DNA of 64,000 nucleotides from Sphaerochaetaceae bacterium (GTDB lineage Bacteria; Spirochaetota; Spirochaetia; Sphaerochaetales; Sphaerochaetaceae). The DNA is taken from contig JBGUMQ010000035.1 of assembly GCA_045116915.1 (NCBI GenBank), positions 2,242 to 66,241 on the forward strand. The letters run 5' to 3'. Positions 51,152 to 60,822 of the stretch are shown here, one piece after another; positions within the stretch are counted from its first letter, which is position 1, and the number at the start of each line of letters is the position of its first letter. The notes beneath the pieces were generated by a model. That model was not told the DNA's origin, ran no database searches, and was given only the letters and a program-made list of their open reading frames with translations. A program made the position numbers and the translations under genes.

Positions 51152-53146
51152 ATGAGAGTATTCGAAGAGGATTTTACATCATTCCCGCTCGGGGCCTTCC
51201 CCTTTGACGCTGAGCACAGCGCCATGGGGGAATACCATTATTCCCCGAACCCGGGATACTGCGGACAGTGGTTCGACCCGATAGCCGACTGGTCTTTCAG
51301 GGGACCTTCCTGGCTTGTGTCGTGCGCCGACATGGACGGAGGACGCTGCATGGAGCAGATGCGCCTCACCGATCCGGCCCCGCGCAAGGCGGTTCCCTGT
51401 CTTCGTGCAGGTGACATCAACTGGGAGGATTATACCGTAACTGTCCGTGCAAGGGTCATGATCAGTGCCTGTTTCTCAGGCATCCTGTTCAGATACCAGA
51501 CCAGCATGATGCATTACGGATTCTTCCTCGTGCCCGGCGGCGTGGAGCTGCACAGGGTGGACAAGCTGGAAAGGACTGTGCTGGCGCATGCGGATGTCTC
51601 CTGGGATCCCGATGGATACTGCACATTGTCCGTCAGTGTCGAGGGGGACCTCATCAGGTGTTTCCTGAACGGTGAGCAGGTCCTTGAGTGCCGTGATGAA
51701 CGGTATTCCTCAGGTTGCATTGCGCTGTGCGCCTGCAGGCCCGCGCGTTACAGGGATGTGGTCGTGGAGATGACGGAGGAGCAGGCTGCTTTGCATTCCC
51801 GCAAGAGCGCGCAGATGGAGAAGCAGGAAGCGGAAGCCCGTTCCCGCCATTGTCCTGCAAAACTGTGGAAATCATTTGATCTCAGGGATTTCGGTGCTGC
51901 GAGGCAGATCCGTTTCGGACATCTGACAGGGACGGACGAATGGTTCTTCGTCATGTGCCAGAACCAGCGCAAGGTCTACAAGGACCGCTATCCGGTCATC
52001 TCCTGCATGACGGCGGTGAGCGTGGACACAGGGGAAATCCTGTGGCAGATCGGTGAGGCCTGCGACAGCGCGGAAGTGGAGAAACTCACCACAGACCTTC
52101 CGTTCCAGATATACGACATTGACGGCGACGGGTTTGACGAGGTCATCACATCCTGGGATTTCCGTCTGCTGATACTGGACGGACGTACGGGAAAGGTCAG
52201 AAAGAGTATCCCGACTCCTCTCAATGAGGCTCCGGAAGAGACCGTGACCGGACTGGAGTTCGGTAAATACGCCTTCAACAGGCTGAACGTGGATGCAATC
52301 CGCATCGTCAACGTGTCGGGAAAGGATAGGCCGTCGGAGATTCTGATCAAGGACCGCTATTCCAGACTATGGATATACGACAGTGACCTGAACCTCGAGT
52401 GGGAGTTCTCCAAGTACAATACCGGCCATTTCCCGTTCGCATACGACTTCAACGGGGACGGCCGGGACGAGATATTCTCCTGCTACAACATGGTGGACAG
52501 CAATGGGAAGCTGATGTGGTCGCTCCCGATCGATACCGACCATACCGATGAGATAATCGTGGGGACCTTCGGCCCCGGCCAGGAGGAGAGGATCGCCATG
52601 GTTTCCGGCTGGGAAGGCTTCATGATCGTCTCCACCGACGGGAGGATCATCGTCAGGGACATAAACGGACACGGACAGAGGATAAGCAGCGCGAACTACT
52701 GCCCCGGACGTGACGGCTATGAGATAGCCACGACGACATACTGGGGCAACAACGGCATCGTGTATCTGCACGACTGCAACGGGAAGGAGATATGGCACCG
52801 CGAGATGCTCTCCAACGGCAACATGATCGCGCCCCTCAACTGGGACGGCGACGGTACGGAGCTGATCTGGATGAGTGCCCGTGAGGGAGCCTTCGACGGG
52901 GACGGCAACAGGGTCCTGGTCCTTCCGGATGACGGACATCCCGAAATGTGCAGCGAGATCATCGACCTGACAGGGGATGCGCGTGACGAGATAGTGGTAT
53001 GGGACAGGCACAGGCTGTCCATATACACGCAGGACGGAGAGGCGCCTGCCGATGGAAGAGGCGAGTACAGACCTGTGAAGTACCCGCATTACAACGGTTC
53101 GAACTACCGCGGGGAGTATTCGTTCTCCCGGTGGGTGAAGGATTGA
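51152..53146 (+). CDS. Uncharacterised cytoplasmic protein: N-terminal ConA/LamG-like (DUF1080-like) domain plus FG-GAP/PL11-like beta-propeller
   Basis: The N-terminal part has WEDYTVTVRARV..SGILFRY..YGFFL..GCIALCA. The C-terminal part carries repeated blades IYDIDGDGFDEVI, YDFNGDGRDEIF, NWDGDGTELIW and LTGDARDEIVVWD. There is no signal peptide. Confidence 0.45.
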   Translation: MRVFEEDFTSFPLGAFPFDAEHSAMGEYHYSPNPGYCGQWFDPIADWSFRGPSWLVSCADMDGGRCMEQMRLTDPAPRKAVPCLRAGDINWEDYTVTVRARVMISACFSGILFRYQTSMMHYGFFLVPGGVELHRVDKLERTVLAHADVSWDPDGYCTLSVSVEGDLIRCFLNGEQVLECRDERYSSGCIALCACRPARYRDVVVEMTEEQAALHSRKSAQMEKQEAEARSRHCPAKLWKSFDLRDFGAARQIRFGHLTGTDEWFFVMCQNQRKVYKDRYPVISCMTAVSVDTGEILWQIGEACDSAEVEKLTTDLPFQIYDIDGDGFDEVITSWDFRLLILDGRTGKVRKSIPTPLNEAPEETVTGLEFGKYAFNRLNVDAIRIVNVSGKDRPSEILIKDRYSRLWIYDSDLNLEWEFSKYNTGHFPFAYDFNGDGRDEIFSCYNMVDSNGKLMWSLPIDTDHTDEIIVGTFGPGQEERIAMVSGWEGFMIVSTDGRIIVRDINGHGQRISSANYCPGRDGYEIATTTYWGNNGIVYLHDCNGKEIWHREMLSNGNMIAPLNWDGDGTELIWMSAREGAFDGDGNRVLVLPDDGHPEMCSEIIDLTGDARDEIVVWDRHRLSIYTQDGEAPADGRGEYRPVKYPHYNGSNYRGEYSFSRWVKD

Positions 53147-53182
53147 ACACATGGTTGGGAAAAACGGCAAAGGAGGATTTCA

Positions 53183-54217
53183 ATGCCAATGAAATATGTG
53201 ACTTTCGGTGAGATCATGCTCAGGCTCAAATCACCCGGGAACGAGAGGTTCTTCCAGTCTCCGGTCCTGGAGGCCACCTTCGGTGGCGGAGAGGCCAATG
53301 TGGCTGTCTCCCTGGCTACATTCGGGGAGGACGCGGTCTTTGTCACCTCTCTACCGAACAACGCCATCGGCGAGGCCGCTCTTGCAGAGCTCAGGAAGCA
53401 TGGTGTCGATACTAAATACATCAATATGACCGGAAACGGAAGAGTAGGTATCTATTATCTGGAGACCGGTGCGAACCAAAGGCCCAGCCTTGTCGTGTAC
53501 GACAGGGAGGCCAGTGCCGTTGCATTGTCCAAGCCTTCCGACTATGACTTCAAGGCTGTGATGGAAGGCGCCTCATGGTTCCACATCACCGGAATCACCC
53601 CTGCGGTCAGCCAGAGCTGTGCCGACTGCGCCCTGGATGCCATGAAAGCCGCCAAGGCCGCCGGTGCCACGGTTTCCATCGACCTGAACTACAGGAAGAA
53701 GCTGTGGAAGTACGGCAAGAGCGCCCCCGAAGTCATGAGGGAGCTCACAAAACACGCGGATGTCGTCATCGCCAACGAGGAGGACATCCAGAAGTGCCTC
53801 GGGATCGCGTTCGACCAGGATGTCACGTCGGGAAAGCTCGACAAGGAGGCCTACAGGATCCTCACTGACAAGGTCAAGCAGCAGTTCCCGAACGTGAAGC
53901 AGGTCGCCGTGACGCTGCGCGAGTCCAGGAGCGCCGACCACAACGGGTGGTCCGCGGCCCTGAACGGAAAGACAGGCTTCTATCTTTCGCGCCACTACGA
54001 GATCACGGACATCGTCGACCGCGTGGGCGGAGGCGACAGCTTCTCCGCAGGCATCATATACGGTCTTTCGCAGTGTGAGAGCGAGGAATACGCACTGAAC
54101 TTCGCGGTCGCCGCATCGGCGTTGAAGCATACCATTCCTGGAGACTTCAACCTGACCAGGAAGAGCGAGGTCGAATCGCTCTGCAAGGGTGACGGCTCCG
54201 GCCGCGTACAGAGATGA
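53183..54217 (+). CDS. kdgK: 2-dehydro-3-deoxygluconokinase (PfkB family)
   Basis: [33 protein letters not shown] and GGGDSFSAG. It sits next to eda. Confidence 0.8.
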   Translation: MPMKYVTFGEIMLRLKSPGNERFFQSPVLEATFGGGEANVAVSLATFGEDAVFVTSLPNNAIGEAALAELRKHGVDTKYINMTGNGRVGIYYLETGANQRPSLVVYDREASAVALSKPSDYDFKAVMEGASWFHITGITPAVSQSCADCALDAMKAAKAAGATVSIDLNYRKKLWKYGKSAPEVMRELTKHADVVIANEEDIQKCLGIAFDQDVTSGKLDKEAYRILTDKVKQQFPNVKQVAVTLRESRSADHNGWSAALNGKTGFYLSRHYEITDIVDRVGGGDSFSAGIIYGLSQCESEEYALNFAVAASALKHTIPGDFNLTRKSEVESLCKGDGSGRVQR

Positions 54218-54229
54218 CGGGAGGAAAGG

Positions 54230-54871
54230 ATGTCCGAATATAATGAGAAACTCAACAAGGTCATAGAGGGTGTCGGAGTCGTTCCGGTCATCGCGCTCAA
54301 CGATGTGAAGAACGCCGTTCCGCTTGCCAAGGCCCTTCTTGCCGGTGGGATACCGTGCATCGAAGTCACCTTCAGGACGACTGCCGCCGAGGATGCCATC
54401 AAGGCTATCCACGAGCAGGTCCCGGAGATGTATCTCGGTGCCGGAACTGTAATTACAATTGCCCAGGCCGAGAAAGCCATCGCCGCCGGCGCAAGATTCA
54501 TCGTCTCCCCGGGCCTTGACGAGAACATCGTCAGATGGTGTCAGGAACGCGATATCGCGGTCTTCCCCGGCGTCTGCACGGCAACCGAGGTTCAGAAGGC
54601 GGTATGCCTGGGTCTCTCCACGCTGAAGTTCTTCCCGGCCGAGGCCGCCGGCGGAGTCGACATGATAAAGAACCTCTGCGGCCCGTTCCCGAACGTCAGG
54701 TTCATGACCACGGGAGGGATCAGCATGGCCAACATCGACCGGTATGCCTCATGCAAGCACGTCGTGGCCGTCGGTGGATCGTGGATGGCCAAGGCCGATG
54801 CCATCGATGCCGGCAAATGGGATGAGATAACAGCCAAGTGTGCCGAGGCCGTCAAGGCCATGAAGCGCTGA
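54230..54871 (+). CDS. eda: KDPG / KHG aldolase
   Basis: 213 aa. VVPVIALNDVKNAVPLAKALLAGGIPCIEVTFRT and LKFFPAEAAGG are typical of Eda. Confidence 0.88.
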   Translation: MSEYNEKLNKVIEGVGVVPVIALNDVKNAVPLAKALLAGGIPCIEVTFRTTAAEDAIKAIHEQVPEMYLGAGTVITIAQAEKAIAAGARFIVSPGLDENIVRWCQERDIAVFPGVCTATEVQKAVCLGLSTLKFFPAEAAGGVDMIKNLCGPFPNVRFMTTGGISMANIDRYASCKHVVAVGGSWMAKADAIDAGKWDEITAKCAEAVKAMKR

Positions 54872-54878
54872 AAGGAGT

Positions 54879-55691
54879 ATGGATATGGGAATGACGGATA
54901 AATTCAGTCTTGAGGGAAAGCTCGCCTGGGTCACCGGAGCTTCATACGGAATCGGATATGCGATCGCGCTCTGCTATGCGAAGGCAGGTGCCAAGGTCGC
55001 ATTCAACTGCAGACATCAGGAGGGTCTGGACAAGGCCCTGGCGAACTACGCCGCCGACGGGGCACCCGGAGTGCGCGGCTATATCTGCGATGTCACCGAC
55101 GAGGCTCAGGTCGCCTCGACGCTGAAGGAGATCGAGAAGGATTTCGGACAGAGCGTCGACATCCTGGTCAACAACGCCGGAATCATCAAGAGGATCCCCA
55201 TGACTGAAATGTCGGCCGAGGATTTCAGGCAGGTCATTGACATCGACCTCACCGCCGCGTTCATCGTCTCCAAGGCCGTGCTCCCCGCGATGATGGAGAA
55301 GAGGAAGGGCAAGATCATAAACATCTGCTCCATGATGAGCGAGCTGGGACGCGAGACCGTCAGCGCATACGCCGCGGCCAAGGGTGGCCTGAAGATGCTG
55401 ACACGCAACATCTGCTCGGAGTACGGGAAATACAACATCCAGTGCAACGGACTGGGGCCCGGATACATCGCCACGCCGCAGACCGCACCCCTGAGGGAGA
55501 GGCAGCCCGACGGGTCAAGGCATCCGTTCGACAGCTTCATTGTCGCCAAGACGCCCGCCGAGAGATGGGGAACGACGGAGGACCTCCAGGGACCGGCGCT
55601 GTTCCTGGCCTCGGATGCGAGCGATTTCGTCAACGGTCAGATACTGTATGTGGACGGAGGAATCCTTGCCTACATCGGCAGGCAGCCCTGA
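54879..55691 (+). CDS. SDR oxidoreductase of the KduD / gluconate 5-dehydrogenase (IdnO) type
   Basis: FSLEGKLAWVTGASYGIGYAIA, INICSMMSELGR and YAAAKGGLKMLTR. From memory this is closest to IdnO-type enzymes, which are often annotated KduD in pectin loci. Three in-frame ATGs occur at the start. Confidence 0.75.
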   Translation: MDMGMTDKFSLEGKLAWVTGASYGIGYAIALCYAKAGAKVAFNCRHQEGLDKALANYAADGAPGVRGYICDVTDEAQVASTLKEIEKDFGQSVDILVNNAGIIKRIPMTEMSAEDFRQVIDIDLTAAFIVSKAVLPAMMEKRKGKIINICSMMSELGRETVSAYAAAKGGLKMLTRNICSEYGKYNIQCNGLGPGYIATPQTAPLRERQPDGSRHPFDSFIVAKTPAERWGTTEDLQGPALFLASDASDFVNGQILYVDGGILAYIGRQP

Positions 55692-55730
55692 GCCTGAAGG
55701 TCGGGGGAACATCGTGGGCCTGCTCCCGGA

Positions 55731-56609
55731 TCATTCTCCGGAGTAGGCCCGTTCTATGTATCCAAGACTTTCACGGAGGGTTTCCGTATTGAAATTCTCC
55801 AGCGTCATGGGTACGTTGTCGACCTTGTATTTCTTATAGATGCCGAAGATCGTCTTCCACGGCATGAGGCCTTCGCCGATGGCGATGTTGCCTTTTTTGA
55901 CGGGGCCGGTTGCGTAGGGGTAGTTGGGCATGGAATCGGCCCAGACGAAATCCTTCAGGTGCATGGCGCGGATATACGGTGCCAGCATGGCGACGGCCTC
56001 GTCATACCAGCTGTGGAAGTCGTCTACCCCCTTGATGGGCATGATGTTGACAGCATCGAATAGGCAGCGCAGGTTGGGCGACCTGAAGGTCTCCATGACA
56101 CGGAACATGCGCTCGGGTGTGTCGACGGTGTTCTTGTCGGCGACGGCCTCGATCGCCATGACGACGTTGTTTTTCACGGCCTTGTTCAACAGCCGTTCCA
56201 CTATTTTCAGGAATCGGGCCCAGTTCTTCTCCGTCCAGGTCTCCTCGCAGCGGATGTTCCGGGGATCGAGGGAACCGGTTTCCGTGGCCACCAGGCCAGC
56301 TCCCAGGCTGTTGGCCACCTCGATGCCGTTCTCGAATTTGGAGAGCTCGGACTCCAGGACATCGGGGTCCGGATGTACGGGATTGATGTAGCATCCGAGG
56401 ATGGCGACCCGGATGCCGTGTCCGGCCAGGTCGTGCCGGACGGATGAGGCCCATTCCTGTGTGAGCGGTCTGGGGGCATCGTCCAGAGCCTTGTAGGGGG
56501 CGAAATGCAGGCAGGCGTTTTCGCGGAAGGAAGAAGCCAGTTCGGCGATTTCCCGCGCGCATCCGAATTTCCGTCCGAAGTCGTGTGTTCTGAATCCAAG
56601 GTCCAACAT
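55731..56609 (-). CDS. Xylose-isomerase-like TIM-barrel protein (sugar phosphate isomerase/epimerase family)
   Basis: 292 aa with an AP_endonuc_2-like pattern (..AILGCYINPVHPD.., ..MAIEAV.., ..MHLKDF..). Confidence 0.65.
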   Translation of the reverse strand: MLDLGFRTHDFGRKFGCAREIAELASSFRENACLHFAPYKALDDAPRPLTQEWASSVRHDLAGHGIRVAILGCYINPVHPDPDVLESELSKFENGIEVANSLGAGLVATETGSLDPRNIRCEETWTEKNWARFLKIVERLLNKAVKNNVVMAIEAVADKNTVDTPERMFRVMETFRSPNLRCLFDAVNIMPIKGVDDFHSWYDEAVAMLAPYIRAMHLKDFVWADSMPNYPYATGPVKKGNIAIGEGLMPWKTIFGIYKKYKVDNVPMTLENFNTETLRESLGYIERAYSGE

Positions 56610-56721
56610 GGGTTCAGAATATCCCGCAAATGGTCGTTATTGCAAACAAATTGTGCGGTTTTGGACATTGAGCGCGCGCGGGGCGCGTGGTAAGTTTGAG
56701 GCATAACGGAATAATAGGAGT

Positions 56722-57570
56722 ATGGATATGGATATCAGATATTCGACAGGCAAGGAGCCTTTCAAGAGGATGACAACGGAGGAACTCAGACAGGAGTTCC
56801 TGATCACGGACATGTTCAGGGCCGACGACATCAGTGCCGTCTATTCGCATGTGGACAGGATCGTGACCATGGGCGCGATGCCGGTGAGGGAGGAGGTCGC
56901 CCTGGACAGGAACATCGATCCGTGGAAGAACTTCGGAGTCACCTACGTTCTTGAGAGACGTGAGCTGGGAACCATCAACATCGGCGGACCCGGACGCGTG
57001 GTCGCCGACGGAACAGAGTACAGGATGAACCACTGGGACGGACTCTATCTTCCGATGGGAACCAAGGATGTGAAGTTCGCTTCGGATGATCCGGAGAATC
57101 CCGCGAGGTTCTTCATCTGCACCACGCCCGCCCATACACCCAAGCCCGCCACCCATGTCCCGTATGAGAAGGCCATCCACAAGCATCTGGGCTCACAGGC
57201 GACCAGCAACGAGAGGACGATCAACCAGTACCTGCATCCGGATGTCCTGGATACATGCCAGCTCTCCATGGGACTGACCCATCTTGAGGACGGATCGGTC
57301 TGGAACACGATGCCGATGCACACACATGAGAGAAGGATGGAGGTCTATTTCTATTTCGACATCCCCGAGGACAACGTGGTGTTCCACTTCATGGGCGAGC
57401 CTGACCAGACCCGCCACATCGTCATGCACAACTACGAGGCCGTGATCAACCCCTCGTGGTCGGTCCATGCCGGATGCGGAACAAGCAACTATACGTTCAT
57501 CTGGGCCATGTGCGGTGAGAACAGGGCCTACGACGATCAGGACTGGATAAAGACCGAGGAGATCGGGTAA
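56722..57570 (+). CDS. kduI: 5-dehydro-4-deoxy-D-glucuronate isomerase
   Basis: DIRYSTGKEPFKRMTTEELRQEFLITDMF parallels the E. coli KduI N-terminus, and a cupin core with HTHERRMEVYFYF is present. The start may be the second ATG (56728). Confidence 0.88.
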   Translation: MDMDIRYSTGKEPFKRMTTEELRQEFLITDMFRADDISAVYSHVDRIVTMGAMPVREEVALDRNIDPWKNFGVTYVLERRELGTINIGGPGRVVADGTEYRMNHWDGLYLPMGTKDVKFASDDPENPARFFICTTPAHTPKPATHVPYEKAIHKHLGSQATSNERTINQYLHPDVLDTCQLSMGLTHLEDGSVWNTMPMHTHERRMEVYFYFDIPEDNVVFHFMGEPDQTRHIVMHNYEAVINPSWSVHAGCGTSNYTFIWAMCGENRAYDDQDWIKTEEIG

Positions 57571-57602
57571 GACCCGCCGGGCAACGGTCGGAGAATAAGG
57601 AA

Positions 57603-57695
57603 AACTGATATATCACAACCGACAGAACATGCGACGAACGCGATAAATTGAGATAGTGAAGAATTTTTTTTCTTTTTCCAACTAATATATCAGTT
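57603..57695. promoter_or_regulatory. Two copies of a palindromic TGATATATCA-type box upstream of the uxaE-like operon
   Basis: aactgatatat (57603-13) and atatatcagtt (57685-95) are exact reverse complements. The left copy contains the perfect 10-bp palindrome TGATATATCA. The right copy abuts TTGCAT-17-TAACAT. Confidence 0.4.
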
Positions 57696-57744
57696 GCATT
57701 TTGACGGTTATCGTACTAACATTGGGACAGGAGGAACTTCCAGT

Positions 57745-59205
57745 ATGTTCAAGACGACAGACGGACGTGTTTTCGACGTCTACAAGGATTCGGTCCATGA
57801 CGACCTCTTCATGGTCGCCGCCGAAGACCGTGATTATTTCGTTGCGGATCCCGCCCTGGGATTCGAAGGTGAGGAGATCGAGGCAGGATGTGAGGTCTGC
57901 AAACTGAGGAAATGGGTCCTGGCTCCGCTCACACACGCGAATGCGGAGAAGATGCGTGCCCTCTATCCGTTCACAGCTCCGTCGAGGGTCCTGGACCGCG
58001 ACAAGACCATGGGAGTCGGGGACAGGCTCGGAATCGCGACCGACGGTCACCTCAGGGTCTTCAAGGAGTACAGCCAGATCACTCCGATCCTCTCCCAACA
58101 GTCAATCCGCGAGCTGAACCTGACCAACAGGACATTCGCCGATGTCATCGACAGCGCATCGTTCGCTGTCTTCCGCTGCGGCTACACCGGTGGCTGGGGT
58201 GCCGACGGTGACCACGTCAAGACGGCGTCGGAAGTCAGCTATGCCATTGAGAGCGGATGCACCATGATCACACTCGACTGTAGCGAGCAGATCGACAACA
58301 CCATCGACGGTCTTTCAAAGGCCGAGGTCGATGCCAAATATGTCAAGAACGATGAGCTCGAGGCTATCTACCTCAACAAGAGCTTCGATGTCGGAGAGGG
58401 AGTGACGATCTCATTCGACGAGGAACTGTACAAAAGAACCGTCCTCATCTACTGCGAGGCCATCGAACATGCGACAGACATCTTCTTCAACCTTGTCGCA
58501 AAGGACGGCAGGCAGGTCGCCGATTTCGAGGTCTCCATCGACGAGACCATGACGCCGACCCTGCCGGCGCAGCACTTCTTCGTCGCCAACGAGCTGACAA
58601 GAAGGGGAGTCCGTGTCTCGACCGTCGCACCGAGATTCTGCGGCGAGTTCCAGAAGGGAATCGACTACATAGGGAATCTGGACCAGTTCGCCGCGGAGAT
58701 GAAGATCCATGCGGCCATCTCAAGGCATTTCGGCTACAAGATCTCCATCCACAGCGGTTCGGACAAGTTCTCCATCTTCCCGGCGGCGGGAAAGGAGACC
58801 AGGGGCAAGTTCCACCTCAAGACAGCCGGAACCAACTGGCTGGAAGCCATGAAGCTCGTGGCCATGAAGGACCCCGGTCTGTACAGGGAGGTCCACAAGT
58901 TCGCACTGACGGCTTTCAAGGCCGCTACCGCCTACTACCACGTGACCACCGACCTCACACGCATCCCGGATGTGGATACGGTCAGGGATGAGGACCTTCC
59001 GCTCCTGTTCGGCAACAACGACTCCAGGCAGCTGATCCACATAACCTACGGTCTGATCCTGAACGAGAAGAATCCGGACGGAAGCCTCAGGTTCCGTGAC
59101 AGGCTCTACGGTCTTTGGAGGAAGTACAGGGACGATTATTCAGAGCTCCTGTTCAAGCACATAGGACATCACGCAAGCGCGATCCTGATGGAGGAATCAA
59201 GATGA
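57745..59205 (+). CDS. uxaE: Tagaturonate/fructuronate epimerase family protein (UxaE-like)
   Basis: 486 aa from the ATG at 57745 (AGGAGG upstream). I recognise the family from memory of Thermotoga UxaE-type proteins (..MGVGDRLGIATDGH..). The context is hexuronate genes. Confidence 0.55.
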   Translation: MFKTTDGRVFDVYKDSVHDDLFMVAAEDRDYFVADPALGFEGEEIEAGCEVCKLRKWVLAPLTHANAEKMRALYPFTAPSRVLDRDKTMGVGDRLGIATDGHLRVFKEYSQITPILSQQSIRELNLTNRTFADVIDSASFAVFRCGYTGGWGADGDHVKTASEVSYAIESGCTMITLDCSEQIDNTIDGLSKAEVDAKYVKNDELEAIYLNKSFDVGEGVTISFDEELYKRTVLIYCEAIEHATDIFFNLVAKDGRQVADFEVSIDETMTPTLPAQHFFVANELTRRGVRVSTVAPRFCGEFQKGIDYIGNLDQFAAEMKIHAAISRHFGYKISIHSGSDKFSIFPAAGKETRGKFHLKTAGTNWLEAMKLVAMKDPGLYREVHKFALTAFKAATAYYHVTTDLTRIPDVDTVRDEDLPLLFGNNDSRQLIHITYGLILNEKNPDGSLRFRDRLYGLWRKYRDDYSELLFKHIGHHASAILMEESR

Positions 59206-60800
59206 GGCTGGATCTGAAGGGCATCGCGGATGCCTCTTCCCGGCAGCAGTGGCTCGACGCGGGCTACAGGCTTCCCGGGTACGATATCGAAATGATGAGG
59301 GAGAACACCCTCAAGGCTCCGAAATGGGTCCATTTCGGCGGCGGCAACATCTTCCGCATCTTCCTTGCGGCCAGGATGCAGGATCTTCTGGACAAGGGCC
59401 TGGCCGACAGCGGGATCATTGTCGGAGAGGGATTCGACCCCGAGGTCGTGGAGAAGGGCTATGCCCCGTACGACAACCTGAACATCAACGTCACGCTCAA
59501 GGCTGACGGTACCATGGACAAGGAAGTCTGCGCCTCCGTGGCTGATGCCATCGTCTGCAGCACGCAGAGACCCGACGACTGGAAGAGGTTCGTGGACATA
59601 TTCACCAACCCCTCGCTCCAGATGGTCAGCTTCACGATCACGGAGAAGGGCTATGCCACATCTCCGTCCTACGTGCAGGAGGACATCCTCAGAGGTCCGG
59701 AGAAGTGCACAACCATATGCTGCATGGTCGTATCGCTCCTGAACGAGCGTTTCAAGGCCGGAGCCTTCCCCGTGGCGGTCGTCAGCATGGACAACTGCTC
59801 GCAGAACGGACTCAAGCTCTTCACCGGAGTCTCCACCATCGCCGGAAGATGGGCCCAGATGGGCATGGTATCGCAGGAATTCGTGGACTGGCTCTGCGAT
59901 GAGAGCAAAGTCAGCTTCCCGTGGTCGATGATCGACAAGATCACACCCAGGCCCGATCCGACGGTCGCCAAGGTCATCGCCGGCGACGGAGTGGAGGACA
60001 TGGATGTCATCGTCACCGCCAGAAGGTCCTATGTGGCGGCCTTCGTCAACTCCGAGGAGTGCGAATACCTGGTCGTCGAGGACAAGTTCCCCAACGGAAG
60101 GCCCGCTTTGGACAAGGCCGGCGTCTACTTCACCGACCGCGACACCGTGACCAAAGTCGAGCGCATGAAGGTCTGCACGTGTCTGAACCCGCTGCACACC
60201 GCCATGAGCGTCATGGGATGCCTTCTGGGCTACACCAGGATCTGCGACGAGATGAAGGACGAGGACATCGTGGCCTACATAAAGAGACTCGGCTATGTCG
60301 AGGGACTTCCGGTCGTCACGGACCCCGGGATCCTCTCACCCAGGTCTTTCATCGACGATGTCGTGTACAAGAGGCTTCCCAACCCGTTCATGCCCGACAC
60401 ACCGCAGAGGATCGCCACGGACACAAGCCAGAAGCTCGCCATCCGCTTCGGCGAGACCGTCAAGGAATACATCAGGACCGGTCTGGACCTCTCGTCACTG
60501 AAGGTCATCCCCGTCGTGCTGGCATCATGGATCCGCTACCTTCTTGCCGTGGACGACAACGGACAGCCCTTCGAACTCAGCCCGGATCCGCTTGCACAGT
60601 CCGCACATGCCGATATCGAGGACCTGGAGTTCGGAAAGCCCCTGAGGGGAGGCGAGCTCGACAGGATCCTCTCCAGGGAGGACATATGGGGCTACAATGT
60701 CCTTCAGTCACCGCTCAAGGATGCGGTCGTCAGGGCGTTCGAAAGCATGAACACAGGTTGCGGTGCGGTGCGCAGGACACTGCATGCGACAGTAAGTTGA
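59202..60800 (+). CDS. Mannitol dehydrogenase-family hexuronate oxidoreductase (UxaB/UxuB/UxaD-like)
   Basis: The start forms an ATGA overlap with the previous gene. The Rossmann motif WVHFGGGNIFRIFLA resembles UxaB GEGNFLRAF. 532 aa. Confidence 0.7.
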   Translation: MRLDLKGIADASSRQQWLDAGYRLPGYDIEMMRENTLKAPKWVHFGGGNIFRIFLAARMQDLLDKGLADSGIIVGEGFDPEVVEKGYAPYDNLNINVTLKADGTMDKEVCASVADAIVCSTQRPDDWKRFVDIFTNPSLQMVSFTITEKGYATSPSYVQEDILRGPEKCTTICCMVVSLLNERFKAGAFPVAVVSMDNCSQNGLKLFTGVSTIAGRWAQMGMVSQEFVDWLCDESKVSFPWSMIDKITPRPDPTVAKVIAGDGVEDMDVIVTARRSYVAAFVNSEECEYLVVEDKFPNGRPALDKAGVYFTDRDTVTKVERMKVCTCLNPLHTAMSVMGCLLGYTRICDEMKDEDIVAYIKRLGYVEGLPVVTDPGILSPRSFIDDVVYKRLPNPFMPDTPQRIATDTSQKLAIRFGETVKEYIRTGLDLSSLKVIPVVLASWIRYLLAVDDNGQPFELSPDPLAQSAHADIEDLEFGKPLRGGELDRILSREDIWGYNVLQSPLKDAVVRAFESMNTGCGAVRRTLHATVS

Positions 60801-60822
60801 ATCATCGGAATACAAGGAGTTC

